This document shows, in pieces, positions 18,013 through 30,054 of a stretch of DNA of 64,000 nucleotides. Source of the stretch: Candidatus Latescibacterota bacterium (GTDB lineage: Bacteria; Latescibacterota; UBA2968; GCA-2709665). Position 1 is the stretch's first letter; each line of letters opens with the position of its first letter. The notes beneath the pieces were generated by a model. The model saw nothing but the letters and a program-made list of their open reading frames with translations, was not told where the DNA came from and ran no database searches. The stretch spans positions 4,864,001-4,928,000 of the forward strand of contig OZ220733.1 of NCBI GenBank assembly GCA_965116875.1. The letters run 5' to 3'. Made by a program: the position numbers and the translations under genes.

Positions 18013-18933
18013 CTACAGGACGTCTCTCAGAATCTCCCTCGCCCCGCGCTCGATCAGTAGACCGGAAAGCCTCCTGCCGAGCTCGAGGGAATCGTCCGGA
18101 TCTCCCGTTGTCCGCGCGCGGACAATCCTGCCGCCGTCCGGGACGGCCACCATTCCGTCCGCAATGAGGCACCCCTCGACCAACCGCGCCCACGCGCCAA
18201 CCGGCATCTGACATCCCCCGGCAAGTTCATCCAGCATCGCTCGCTCGGCACGCACAGCCGAGTGAGTGGAACGATCATGCAGACAGCGCGCCACCCGCGC
18301 GACGCGATCATCGTCCTGTCTGATCTCGATACCCAGCGCACCCTGACCTGGAGCCGGAAGGAACCGTTCCGCCGGGAGAAATTCGCTCACGCGACCTGCC
18401 AGTCCGAGCCTGCGCAGACCCGCCGCCGCCAGAACCACCGCCTCGACTTCGCCCGCATCCAGTTTCCGGAGCCGGGTATCCACGTTTCCGCGAATCCCTG
18501 CGACCGTGAGGTCCGGTCTGATGTGACGCAACTGCGCCTGTCGCCTCAGGCTGCCCGTACCCACCACCGCGCCGTCCGGCAGGCGATCGAGCCTGTGCCC
18601 GGCACGACTGACCAGCGCGTCCCGGACGTCCCAGCGGCGGCTGGTGGCCGCCAGGCGCAAGCCCCCGGGCAGCCGGGTAGGCATGTCTTTCAGAGAGTGT
18701 ACCGCCAGATCGATTCGTCCATCGAGGAGCGCTTCATCGATCTCTCTGGTAAAGACCTGCTTGCCTCCGATCTGCGCGACCGGCACGCCCGGCTCACGGT
18801 CTCCCGTGGTTCTGATCGCCTCGATATGTACTTCTAGGCCGGGATTCGCATTGAGCAAAATCGTTCTGGCCCAATTCGCCTGCCAACGGGCAAGGGGGCT
18901 GCCCCGGCTGCCGATCAAAATGCGTGTCAACAT
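18013..18933 (-). CDS. hemC: Hydroxymethylbilane synthase
   Basis: GSRGSPLARWQ, VHSLKDMP, GTGSLRR, RGNVDTRL, GGCQMP. Confidence 0.97.
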   Translation of the reverse strand: MLTRILIGSRGSPLARWQANWARTILLNANPGLEVHIEAIRTTGDREPGVPVAQIGGKQVFTREIDEALLDGRIDLAVHSLKDMPTRLPGGLRLAATSRRWDVRDALVSRAGHRLDRLPDGAVVGTGSLRRQAQLRHIRPDLTVAGIRGNVDTRLRKLDAGEVEAVVLAAAGLRRLGLAGRVSEFLPAERFLPAPGQGALGIEIRQDDDRVARVARCLHDRSTHSAVRAERAMLDELAGGCQMPVGAWARLVEGCLIADGMVAVPDGGRIVRARTTGDPDDSLELGRRLSGLLIERGAREILRDVL

Positions 18934-20252
18934 TCGCTCTGCACCCTTTCTGCGGGTGCTTCCTGCGTCGACGATCCTGCGGTGAGGGCCGGGGCCGCAT
19001 CCAGGTCGAACAGGCGGACAAGGGCGTCCACATAGGTCAGCGCTTCCCCTGAATCGGCGGCTTCCCGCAAACGGACCTGCGGCGCGTGCAAGAGCTTGTT
19101 CATGTATAGCCTCAGGAGGCCGGCCACTTTCTCCTGTTGTATTTCCGAGAAATCCGACAACCGGGCCCGTTCCAGTTCCTCTTCAAGGAGTTCCTGGAAT
19201 CGACGGCGCATGGCCACGATGGCGGGCACTACGTCGAGCGAATTCAACCATGAGGAAAAAACCCTCACCTCTTCGTCAACGATATGCCGTGCCTTCTCCG
19301 CCTCACGCCGCCTCTTCCGCATATTCGCCCCCACGACCGCCTGCAGATCGTCGATATCGTACAAAAATACATTGTAGAGAGATCCCGCGTCCGGGTCGAT
19401 GTCTCTGGGCACCGCAATGTCAATGAGAAACATGGCGTTATTCCGGCGCTTCTGCATCGCGAGCGCAACGCGTTGTCTTTCAAGAATCGGGGCTGTCGCG
19501 CTGGTTGAACTGATGACGATGTCGGCACGGTGCAGTCCATCCATCGCATCCGGCCAGGACAACGCTTTCCCGTTCACCCGCTTCGCCAGATCCCGCGCCC
19601 GCGCGAACGTCCGGCTGGACACCATCAGTCGGCCGATCCCGCTGTCCACGAGGTGCCTGGCGGTCAGTTCGCTCATCTCCCCCGCACCCAGTACCAGGGC
19701 CGTCCTTTCGTCCAGCTTGCCAAGGATCTTCTTTGCAAGCGCCACTGCCGCGAAACTGACCGAAACTGCGCCGTCGGCGATCTCGGTCTCCGTTCTTGCC
19801 CGTTTGGATGTTTCGACGGCCGAACGAAACAGCCTGTTCAGGACGGCGCCGCTCGTTCCCGCTTCGATGGCGCGGGCGCCCGCATCCTTCACCTGCCCGG
19901 CGATCTGCGGCTCGCCCATGATCATCGAATCCAGCCCCGATGCAACGCACAGCAGATGTCGGACCGCATCCAGGTCGTTGCGGGTGAACGTGAATCCGCG
20001 CAATTCACCAGCGTCGATCCCGCTGATTCTTCCGAATACGCCGATAACGCCTGCGCGCGCGGTCTCGGGATGGTCTGTGACGACGTAGGCTTCGGAACGA
20101 TTGCACGTTGAAATGAGACTGCATTCGACCACGGCATCCAGCGCGTGCAATCGTTCAAGGATGGACCTGTGTTTCCTTTCGGAAACCGACACGCGGTCCC
20201 GGACTTCCACCGAGGCCGTTCGGTGGCTCAAGCCCACCACTACGATAGACAT
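18927..20252 (-). CDS. hemA: Glutamyl-tRNA reductase
   Basis: GLSHRTA, STCNRSE, GLDSMIMGEPQI, GAGEM, DIAVPRDI. Confidence 0.97.
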   Translation of the reverse strand: MSIVVVGLSHRTASVEVRDRVSVSERKHRSILERLHALDAVVECSLISTCNRSEAYVVTDHPETARAGVIGVFGRISGIDAGELRGFTFTRNDLDAVRHLLCVASGLDSMIMGEPQIAGQVKDAGARAIEAGTSGAVLNRLFRSAVETSKRARTETEIADGAVSVSFAAVALAKKILGKLDERTALVLGAGEMSELTARHLVDSGIGRLMVSSRTFARARDLAKRVNGKALSWPDAMDGLHRADIVISSTSATAPILERQRVALAMQKRRNNAMFLIDIAVPRDIDPDAGSLYNVFLYDIDDLQAVVGANMRKRRREAEKARHIVDEEVRVFSSWLNSLDVVPAIVAMRRRFQELLEEELERARLSDFSEIQQEKVAGLLRLYMNKLLHAPQVRLREAADSGEALTYVDALVRLFDLDAAPALTAGSSTQEAPAERVQSEC

Positions 20253-20881
20253 GCCGTTACTTTCCTGTCGAGTTCATCCCACCGTTCCCGCCGAACCAGG
20301 TCCACGGTCTCCCAGTTCACCAGCAGATCCCACACTGCCTTTCGCCGCGCGGGACTTTCGGGAAACCGTGCCATTACACGCGGACGCAAACGGGCGAGAT
20401 ATTCCACCATACCTCCGTGTTCCGGCCCAAGGACCTCCTCGAGACGCCGTCTTACCATACGCGCGTATGCCGGGCTGGCCGCCCCGGTTGAAACCGCCAC
20501 CTGTAACCCACCGCGGCGCAGTGTGGAAGGCACCGCGAAATCTCCCGCGCCCGCCGGGTCCGCACGATTGACCGGAACCCCCCTTTCAGCCGCTGCTCGC
20601 GCAACCTCGTCGTTGACCGGACTCGTGTCCGTTGCAGCGAAAGCCAGGGCCGCGCCGTCGACGTCGCTTCGATGAAAGCCACGACGCACCAGATGAATCC
20701 GTGTGTCTGCAGCCAGGACCTCCAGCGAATCCGAAATCTCGGGCGCAATCACCCAGACGCGGGCGCCTGCGTCGAGCAGGCCCCTTGCTTTCCGCTCCGC
20801 AACGGTTCCACCGCCCACGACGACACATTTCCTGTTCCGCAGGTCCAGAAAGATCGGATATTCAACACATTGGCCGGCCAT
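20240..20881 (-). CDS. sirC: Precorrin-2 dehydrogenase / sirohydrochlorin ferrochelatase (SirC/Met8, CysG N-terminal-like)
   Basis: YPIFLDL, VVGGGTVAERK, AATD, VNRAD, AVSTGAASP. Confidence 0.9.
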   Translation of the reverse strand: MAGQCVEYPIFLDLRNRKCVVVGGGTVAERKARGLLDAGARVWVIAPEISDSLEVLAADTRIHLVRRGFHRSDVDGAALAFAATDTSPVNDEVARAAAERGVPVNRADPAGAGDFAVPSTLRRGGLQVAVSTGAASPAYARMVRRRLEEVLGPEHGGMVEYLARLRPRVMARFPESPARRKAVWDLLVNWETVDLVRRERWDELDRKVTACLS

Positions 20882-20901
20882 ATGAGCTCACGCGATTCAA
20901 C

Positions 20902-21729
20902 CTACTGTGCCAGAACGTGTTTACCGGGAAATAGCAGGCCCATGACGGGAAATGTGAACACGACGAGGACAAATCCCAGAATTGACATAAGCGCCGCGCG
21001 CTTTCCCTGCCAGCCGGCAATCCTTCGGGCTGCAAGATGGCCGGCATAGACAACCCACGTAACCAGCAGCACCCAGAATGCCGGTTCGTTCCAGATCCAG
21101 AGCCTGTACATCTTCTGGTGAACCCAGACGGAACTCGCCACGATACCCGCCGTCAGGAAGACGAAGCCGAAAGACGCGGCACGGTTGTTTGTCTGGTCAA
21201 GTGTATCCAGCGGCGGCAGTCGATCGTAGAAAAAGCCCAGATGCTTCTTCTGGATTTCACCCAGCAGCATCACGTACATCGTGGCGCTGACACTGGATAT
21301 GGCAAACGCCGCATATGCCAGAATGTATGCGAATACATGAAGCTTGAACCAGCCGCCCGTATGCGACACTCTTGGCATGCCCTCGGCGCCCGTCAGGTTG
21401 GTAGCGGCGACCAGGTGCAACACCGCAACGATGGGAACCACCAGTGCGCCCAGCGAACCGCGACAGGTCCCGAACTCCAGATAAAGAAAGACAATAACAA
21501 CCAGCCAGGCGCATAGAGAAGGCAGCACCTGGCTGGTCAAGGGAACCTGTCCGGTAGCAACGGCCATGTTCGCGAGCAGCGTACTGTGCAGTACCCAGCC
21601 CGCGATGAGGCTCCAGAACCCCAGGGAGCCCCCAATGGCCCGCATCCGTATAAAATGCGCGGCGTAAGCGCATGCGCTGATGATGTACGCCGCGCCCGTA
21701 CCCATCACCAGCAGATTCTGCATACCCAT
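20902..21729 (-). CDS. CcsA/HemX-family cytochrome c assembly-type membrane protein
   Basis: About 8 TM segments, FYDRLPPLDTLD, WIWNEP, GWQGKRAA; heads the hem operon. Confidence 0.85.
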   Translation of the reverse strand: MGMQNLLVMGTGAAYIISACAYAAHFIRMRAIGGSLGFWSLIAGWVLHSTLLANMAVATGQVPLTSQVLPSLCAWLVVIVFLYLEFGTCRGSLGALVVPIVAVLHLVAATNLTGAEGMPRVSHTGGWFKLHVFAYILAYAAFAISSVSATMYVMLLGEIQKKHLGFFYDRLPPLDTLDQTNNRAASFGFVFLTAGIVASSVWVHQKMYRLWIWNEPAFWVLLVTWVVYAGHLAARRIAGWQGKRAALMSILGFVLVVFTFPVMGLLFPGKHVLAQ

Positions 21730-21876
21730 AGCATCGGACCCCGACCTGAAACGGCGTGTGAAACCAATCCCTGGCGCGCCCACTGACAGGATCCATCACG
21801 GCGTTCCCCGCGCCCGCCACCGGCGATCCGGTTTCTCGTTTCCGAACCCCCGGAAGGTCGATACGGGGCACTCAAC

Positions 21877-23076
21877 TTACACAATCCCGTCGGCCGAATC
21901 AATCGAAATCCGGCAATTTCCACCCGGCGCAACCACGCCGAGTACGACGGAACCGGATGCGCCCGTTGCGGCTGGCAGATTTCCGGGCCTGCCCTCCACG
22001 GTCGCATTGGCAAGCACCGCAAAGGCAATCGCCTCCCTGGCATCCGCGGGCACGCCCAGCGCATCGGAATGACACACGTCCACGTCCGGGAGCGCACCGG
22101 TCAACATCCTCATCAGAACCGGATTTCGGCTGCCGCCGCCGCTGACGGCCACCCTGCCGATCGGGGTCACGGGCACGACAAACCGCTCCAACGCATCCAC
22201 GATGCTTCGCGCGGTAAACGCGGTCGCCGTGGCAATCAGGTCTTCATCCGCCAGGCGCCCGCGCCAGGCCAGGACCTCCGCTACCAACGTCGCGCCGAAC
22301 GTCTCCCTTCCGGTGGACCTGGGCGGCGCCGCGTTCAAAAAAGGATGCCGCATCAATTCGCCCAGCAGCGACTCGGACACGTCGCCCGAGTCTGCGATCG
22401 CCCCACCCGCGTCGTACGCCAGGCGTCCTCCCGTAATGACCTCAGTCAGCGCGTCCAGGAGCATATTGCCCGGCCCTGTGTCGAATGCCAGGACGTCGTC
22501 CGGCCCACAACCTGCCGGCAAAACGGTAACGTTTGAAATCCCGCCGATGTTCAGCAGCACGCGACTCTCGCGCCCGGACCGGAAAAGCAGATAGTCCACC
22601 AGTGGGACGAGTGGCGCTCCCTGTCCTCCAGCCGCCAGATCCCGCGCCCGGAAGTCAGCGACCGTGGTGACGCCGGTCCGCTCCGCGATCACGCACGGAT
22701 CGGCAATCTGCAGTGAGGATCGCGTGACCACATCGAACGCGCTGTGTGCCTCCGGCAGGTGGTGTACGGTCTGTCCGTGCGAACCGATGAGATCCACCCT
22801 GGACATTTCCACACCCGCTTCGCGGCACACGTTGAATGCGGCTCTGGCAAACCACTCGCCAAGAACGGCATTCAGCCTGCATATCCTGTCCACCCCGCCA
22901 CCTCCGGCTTCCGAGACGTCGAGGATCTCCCGCCGCAATTCCGGCGGGTACGGCAAACCTGTAAACGCAACCAGCCGAATCCCCGCTTCCTCCCGCCCAA
23001 CCTCGACAAGAGCCGCGTCTACGCCGTCGACCGACGTACCGGACATCAGGCCGATTGCCCTGCGAAACGCACCCAC
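21877..23076 (-). CDS. anmK: Anhydro-N-acetylmuramic acid kinase
   Basis: IGLMSGTSVDGVD, GSHGQT, GGQGAPLVP, NIGGISN, FDTGPGN, STGRE. Confidence 0.96.
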   Translation of the reverse strand: MGAFRRAIGLMSGTSVDGVDAALVEVGREEAGIRLVAFTGLPYPPELRREILDVSEAGGGGVDRICRLNAVLGEWFARAAFNVCREAGVEMSRVDLIGSHGQTVHHLPEAHSAFDVVTRSSLQIADPCVIAERTGVTTVADFRARDLAAGGQGAPLVPLVDYLLFRSGRESRVLLNIGGISNVTVLPAGCGPDDVLAFDTGPGNMLLDALTEVITGGRLAYDAGGAIADSGDVSESLLGELMRHPFLNAAPPRSTGRETFGATLVAEVLAWRGRLADEDLIATATAFTARSIVDALERFVVPVTPIGRVAVSGGGSRNPVLMRMLTGALPDVDVCHSDALGVPADAREAIAFAVLANATVEGRPGNLPAATGASGSVVLGVVAPGGNCRISIDSADGIV

Positions 23077-23108
23077 TCAAGCCCCCCGTGCTTCAACTGA
23101 ATCACCTG

Positions 23109-24164
23109 TCAACGAGCACCCCCGCCGCCATACAGGTCCGATGCCTTGCGCACGCCTCCCAGGAAATACCGAAAACCGATCACCCCGCGAAAGACATTGC
23201 GGAAGACCTCGCGGTCCTCGACCGTGCGCACCCGTTGCGCGTCCCGACGTCGACGCAGAATCGACGCCGGATGGAACAGGACCCAGCAAAGGCCGCAAAG
23301 CGCCGCGGCAGGGCGCATCCAGTCGCGCTTTACGATCCCGAGCGGCACGGTACAGAGTTCCATCAGCACCCGGATCGGGAACACCCAGGCCAGCGAGAGA
23401 GCGGACATGTTCTTCAGCACCATCACCAGCTGATTTCTGTGGTTCAGATAGGCCTTGCGGAAAGCCCGCGCATTCAGTGACCAGCCTCCGTAGTGATAGA
23501 CCACGGACTCCGGGACGGAAATCGCCCGGTATCCCACGAGATGGAACCGCCAGCACAGGTCGATTTCCTCCATGTGCATATAAAACCCTTCATCCATGAG
23601 CCCGGTGTCTTTCAAGCACCTCATCCGCAGAAACATCGCCCCCCCTACCGCCCAGAAAATATCCCGCGAACAATCGTACTGCCCTCGATCCTCCTCTACC
23701 GTTTCGAACAGCCGGCCCAGACAGAAGGTGTACCCCAGCATGTCCATCATCCCGCCGGCGGCGCCCCCGTAGTCGAACTTCGCGCGTTCACGAAGCGATC
23801 TCACTTTCGGCTGGCACACGCCCACCTTCGGGTCGGCTTCCATTGCAGCCAGCAGTGGCGCCAGCCAGCCTTCGGCCACTTCGACGTCGTTGTTCAGCAA
23901 CATCGCGAATTCACCGCGTGCCGTCTCAAGCCCCCTGTTACACCCCGCACCCATCCCTTTCCCGCCGCCGACGCTCACCACACGTATGCCGGGAAACCGC
24001 GCCTGCGCCTTCTGCAGGCTTCCGTCGTCGTACGGCCTGTCGTCGGCGACAATCACCTCGAAAGGCGCGCCGCTCGTTCTCGCGTAGAGGAAATCCAGGC
24101 AGGTCAGCAGAACATCCCCGAGGAAATGCGGTACGATCACGGACACGAGGGGCTTATCGGCCAT
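23109..24164 (-). CDS. Glycosyltransferase family 2
   Basis: VSVIVP, GAGCN, LLNND, EEIDLCWR, VYHYGG. Confidence 0.9.
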   Translation of the reverse strand: MADKPLVSVIVPHFLGDVLLTCLDFLYARTSGAPFEVIVADDRPYDDGSLQKAQARFPGIRVVSVGGGKGMGAGCNRGLETARGEFAMLLNNDVEVAEGWLAPLLAAMEADPKVGVCQPKVRSLRERAKFDYGGAAGGMMDMLGYTFCLGRLFETVEEDRGQYDCSRDIFWAVGGAMFLRMRCLKDTGLMDEGFYMHMEEIDLCWRFHLVGYRAISVPESVVYHYGGWSLNARAFRKAYLNHRNQLVMVLKNMSALSLAWVFPIRVLMELCTVPLGIVKRDWMRPAAALCGLCWVLFHPASILRRRRDAQRVRTVEDREVFRNVFRGVIGFRYFLGGVRKASDLYGGGGAR

Positions 24165-26631
24165 CCGTCGCCTCTTGACGCCTGACCCTCCGCCGTAACG
24201 TCTCCAACGCCTGCGCAACCTCACGGTCTCCCGGAGTCAATCGCAGGAGGTACTCCAGATCGGCTGCGGCGCCGGCGAGGTCTCCGATGCGTTCCCGTGA
24301 CGCCGCCCGATTGAACAGCGCCCGTTCGACCTGTATGCTGTTTTCAATCATCCTGTCATATAGCTCAATTGCCGCGTCGAATCGACCAATCTGCATCTGC
24401 ACCTCAGCCGCAGTCCCCAGACGCGTTTCTTCGTCGACCAGGTCCGAATCCAGCACGATGTTCAACAATCGCTGGGTTTCCTCCGGCCGGTCCAGTCGAT
24501 GCATCAACACCGCCATCTGGACGGCGCCCTGCCAATGCTCCGGCGGAAGCGCGTGATTCTCGCAGAACCGGAGGACCTCGTAGGCGCCATCCCGGTCTCC
24601 TTCTTCGGCGAGGCCTTCCGCGAGGCGCAGGAACACGGCCGGGTAATTGGCCAGCAGGTTCAACGCGGTCCGGTTACGATGCACCCCGGGGTCCGAGACG
24701 CCCCGGAACTGATAGAGGCCCGTCAGGTGCTTCCTGGTCTGTTGCAGATGAACACGCGACGCCTTCCGCCGCAACAGACGGAAGACCATGCCCTCCATCT
24801 CCAGGTAGTCATCCAGTCCCATCCTGTTACCGTCCGGTACGGTCAACGCGAAATAGACCGGCCTTGTCCACTCGTTCCAATCCACGATCTTCAAGACCAT
24901 AACATCCTGAACCCGCAGTACCCTGCCCGGCATTTCCTGGACGGTCCAGGTCAATCCGGCCGCACGCACCTCCCTGGCCTCTGGCCAGAATCGCCCGGAT
25001 TTCATCACAGCAGTACGCGTACGCGCCGTCAATACCTGCTCGATGTATTCGTCCGTATACCGGATGGGTACTTCCGGTTCCAGATCCTTCAACTGCCTGA
25101 TATACCACGACGTATTCAGAAGACTCAGGTTAACGACACGTACATCCCTTCGGAGGCCCATCACCTCCTGCTGGTACCAGAGAGGAAAACTGTCGTTATC
25201 CGCATTGGTAAACAGGATTGCGTGGGGGGCGCAGGAATTCAGAATATTGGCCGCATAGTCGAATGCAAACCGGTTGCCGGTCCGGTCATGCGTCGGATAG
25301 AGGCTTGCGGCCAACGCACCCGGCATTGCGAGCAGAAGGCAGGCGGAGGCAACCGCCGCACCCCTGCCATAAAGGTGGTGGGCCATGCGAATGACCGCCG
25401 ACGCCGCAATGCCCATCCACACGCAGAACAACGCGAAGGAGCCCACAAACACGTAGTCGCGTTCCCTCGGCTGCGGGTCTTCCATATTGAGATAAACCGA
25501 AAGCCCGACGCCTGAAAGCACGAAGAGTGCGGCAATTGCCCAGAAACGTCGGGCGTCCCGGCGCCAGTGTTCCCAGACACCCCAACAGCCCAGGAGATAC
25601 GGTACTACCGAAATGCGCACCAACTCCACTTCATGCGACGTGGCCCTGCGAAAGGCATCCGAGACGAATCCGATACCGGGCACGGGAAACTGTGCGACGA
25701 AGTACTTGAAATACATCGTCCAGATCTGGAAATCCCACAAGGGGGCCTTTCGGTTGAATACGCCCAGCAGCATACTTTCCGTACCATACTGTTCCCGGCC
25801 GAGAAACCTGATGAAGTTGGACCACGTTTCCGGATTGTTCTGGTCGATCATCGGGTTCAACCCCGACCGGATATAGAGAGAGGCGTACGTCGAATATCCC
25901 GCGACGAACAGGAGCGCCGCGAACGCCCAGGCCCGCGGGTCCTTCATCAACTCCGGCTTCCTGAACCAGACCAGCATCAGCAGCGTGGGAACGGTCAACA
26001 GACACAGCAGATGAACACCGCCGGCGAGGCCCATGAGATAGGCGACAAAATAGAGGATCCGGTGGCTGTCCGGCGCTCCGGCGTGTTCCATCCACCGCAG
26101 TCCCAGCCAGAGGGACAACGCCATCAGCATGATCGAGAATCCGTACACCTCGGTCTCCACGGCATTGTACCAGAACGTATCTGAAAACGCGAGCATCAGG
26201 GCGGCCACGGCACCCCCGACCACACCCGAAACACGGATGATGTTTCTCTCGCCGTCGCACCCGCCCGGCAGGATCAGCCGTACAGTGATCAGATATACGA
26301 ACAGCACCGCAAGCGCGCTCGTTATTGACGAGATGAGATTCATGGGCAACGCGGGGTCTTCCCAGACCGGCAACATCGTAAAGAAACGTCCGATCAACAG
26401 GTATAGCGGCGCGCCCGGCGGGTGAGGAATACCCAATGTAAACGCGCAGGCGATAAACTCTCCCGAGTCCCAGAACGAAACCGTTGGCGCGGCGGTCTTG
26501 ACGAATACCGCCAGCGATATCAGGAATACGCCCGCGGCGCAAATGCGGGAAAGGCCGGTCCCGACGTACGGATCGCATTCCGCGAGTCTGTCGGATTGTA
26601 AAACGCTCGTCATTTTCCTGTTGATCGCCAT
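24154..26631 (-). CDS. DUF2723 / TMEM260-like GT-C membrane glycosyltransferase with C-terminal TPRs
   Basis: APTVSFWDSGEFI, GIPHPPGAPLY, WYNAVETEVY, REQYG, QPRERDY, FTNADNDSFPLWY, VVNLSLLNTSWY. Confidence 0.88.
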   Translation of the reverse strand: MAINRKMTSVLQSDRLAECDPYVGTGLSRICAAGVFLISLAVFVKTAAPTVSFWDSGEFIACAFTLGIPHPPGAPLYLLIGRFFTMLPVWEDPALPMNLISSITSALAVLFVYLITVRLILPGGCDGERNIIRVSGVVGGAVAALMLAFSDTFWYNAVETEVYGFSIMLMALSLWLGLRWMEHAGAPDSHRILYFVAYLMGLAGGVHLLCLLTVPTLLMLVWFRKPELMKDPRAWAFAALLFVAGYSTYASLYIRSGLNPMIDQNNPETWSNFIRFLGREQYGTESMLLGVFNRKAPLWDFQIWTMYFKYFVAQFPVPGIGFVSDAFRRATSHEVELVRISVVPYLLGCWGVWEHWRRDARRFWAIAALFVLSGVGLSVYLNMEDPQPRERDYVFVGSFALFCVWMGIAASAVIRMAHHLYGRGAAVASACLLLAMPGALAASLYPTHDRTGNRFAFDYAANILNSCAPHAILFTNADNDSFPLWYQQEVMGLRRDVRVVNLSLLNTSWYIRQLKDLEPEVPIRYTDEYIEQVLTARTRTAVMKSGRFWPEAREVRAAGLTWTVQEMPGRVLRVQDVMVLKIVDWNEWTRPVYFALTVPDGNRMGLDDYLEMEGMVFRLLRRKASRVHLQQTRKHLTGLYQFRGVSDPGVHRNRTALNLLANYPAVFLRLAEGLAEEGDRDGAYEVLRFCENHALPPEHWQGAVQMAVLMHRLDRPEETQRLLNIVLDSDLVDEETRLGTAAEVQMQIGRFDAAIELYDRMIENSIQVERALFNRAASRERIGDLAGAAADLEYLLRLTPGDREVAQALETLRRRVRRQEATDGR

Positions 26632-26924
26632 TGTTCCGGGTCCCGTCAGTTCGCACGCCGGTTCCGATGGCTGGTTCGGAGACAACTCACGCGGGGATTT
26701 ACGAATTCTGGCAGCTGAACGGCCGGAGCCCGCGTTGGGTCCGGCAGCTCCCGCTCGATGTTTACGTTCACCGTGTCGCAACCGTGCAGGCGAACAGGAC
26801 GCTTCCGCCTTTTTTCATACGCCTCGACGTTACGGGGGTTCGACGTGCGTATGGCGATATTCACCGCCTTGCTACAGGGGACCGGGCTGCCTCATGCCGT
26901 CGCTCGGGAGACCATTCGAGGATT

Positions 26925-28319
26925 TCAGACTGCGGTAGCCCTTTCTTCTTCGACATTTTCGATGACGCGCATCGACTTCCACTTGCCGCTCCGGAACCGC
27001 AGCATGAAAATGAAACCGCCCGAGACAAGGTAGAGGCTGACGAAAATCCAGGCGACGTAGAGATCCCACCCGAATGTCACTACCGTCAGATAGGTTGGCA
27101 GAACCATGACAAACCAGCCGAGTGCTACCGACGTGAGCATGACGAACCGCGTATCGCCCGCACCCTTGACGCCTGCCGAAAAGACGATATATATCGCATC
27201 GAAAACACAATAGAACGCTACGAATCGCAGCAGGACAACCGACAATTCCCAAACCTGCTCGAAGGCCTCGGGATCGGCGCCTGAAATATACGGCCTCAGG
27301 AAGAGACCCGGCAGGAAAACATACCCTGCGGCCATCGCCAGCATATACGCCAGGCTGAGATGCACAGCGGACCACGTGCTGCGCTCCGCCAGATCAACCT
27401 TGTCCTTTCCGATATATTGACCGACGAGGGTTGAAACCGCGATGCCCAACCCCATCATCGGAAGGAAAGCGAGTGTATTGATGTTGAAGGTCACGCTGGT
27501 GGCCGCCAGAGCCGTCGTGCCAAGTTTCCCAACCAGTAGTATAAACATCGAGAAACCCAGAATCTCCAACATGAACTGAATTCCGTTCGGCAACCCGTAG
27601 CGCACCAGCCGACCCAGCAACTCCGCTTCGGGACGCCATCCGCTCAATGTGCGAAGGGTATCGCGGTACCTGGGACGAATCATCAGCGCAAAGAACACGA
27701 GGGGGATCAGGAGGTGCGATACCACCGTCGCCCACGCGGCGCCGCGAATGCCCCATTCCGGAAATCCCCAATGGCCGAATATCCACGCATAGTCCAGGAT
27801 GACATTCACCCCGCATGCAAGGAAATTCACCCACATGACCGTCTGAGTATCTCCGCGCCCGCTGAAGAAAGACGATACCGCCACCCCCGCAATGCCCGGC
27901 CCCATAAAGCACAGAATCCTGAAATACTCGGCCTCCAGCGCACGTATACGCGGCTCATGGCCGGCCCATTCAAAGAAGGTTTCCGAAAACGGCATCAGGC
28001 ATAGAATAATCACTCCCGATGCCAGACCGACATATATGCCCTGCCACACGGCCGGACCTACCCGATCCTTCCGGTCCGCACCCCAATACTGGGCGACAAA
28101 CGTGTTTACATAGGCAACCGTACCGATAAACAGACTGGTGAAGGTAAAGTGCAACATACCTGCGGGGAGACAGGCTGCAAGTACGTCCCGGCCGTACCAA
28201 CTCAGGAAGACCCGATCCACAAAGATCTGCAGGCTCCAGGAACCCGTGCTGAGAATCAGAGGCGCCGCCATCCGCAGCACCTCCCTGTAGCCTCCCGGTT
28301 CCTTCCACCGCGACATCAT
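26925..28319 (-). CDS. MATE family efflux transporter
   Basis: About 12 TM; FVDRVF, VAQYWGA, NVILDYAWIFG..GFPEWGIRGAAWAT, GAGDTRF. Confidence 0.92.
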   Translation of the reverse strand: MMSRWKEPGGYREVLRMAAPLILSTGSWSLQIFVDRVFLSWYGRDVLAACLPAGMLHFTFTSLFIGTVAYVNTFVAQYWGADRKDRVGPAVWQGIYVGLASGVIILCLMPFSETFFEWAGHEPRIRALEAEYFRILCFMGPGIAGVAVSSFFSGRGDTQTVMWVNFLACGVNVILDYAWIFGHWGFPEWGIRGAAWATVVSHLLIPLVFFALMIRPRYRDTLRTLSGWRPEAELLGRLVRYGLPNGIQFMLEILGFSMFILLVGKLGTTALAATSVTFNINTLAFLPMMGLGIAVSTLVGQYIGKDKVDLAERSTWSAVHLSLAYMLAMAAGYVFLPGLFLRPYISGADPEAFEQVWELSVVLLRFVAFYCVFDAIYIVFSAGVKGAGDTRFVMLTSVALGWFVMVLPTYLTVVTFGWDLYVAWIFVSLYLVSGGFIFMLRFRSGKWKSMRVIENVEEERATAV

Positions 28320-28657
28320 GCGCACCTCGTCGGTCAGGGACACCGGCTCGTATGATCATTCCCGGTGACGGCATCAGCCGGTCCCTGCGAGCCCTTGACC
28401 TTAGTGTCCTGGTGTCTCCCTGCAATCCGTCGTTTAATCGCGTTTGTCAACTTGCACATTTTCGCATGAACGGCCGCGGAAACATACGCATCCTGGGTAA
28501 CGTTGCGATGAAGCCGCAATCCCCGGCGTTTTCGGAAGGACGCGCTGAAGGGTTCGGCATCTGAGTCATTTTTCTCTTGTCCGGTGATTGCCACAACGGT
28601 AGATTCGCAGGCCGACCCGGAAGATCAAATGGACCCTTTCACGACCGGAGCCGGACC

Positions 28658-30031
<1,374 letters not shown>

Positions 30032-30054
30032 GCAAACACGACAGACGGGATTCG

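Noticed and set aside
26646-26864. 72-aa minus-strand ORF between MATE and DUF2723
   Set aside because: No recognisable motif, poor RBS spacing, and it overlaps the possible N-terminal extension of the DUF2723 gene.
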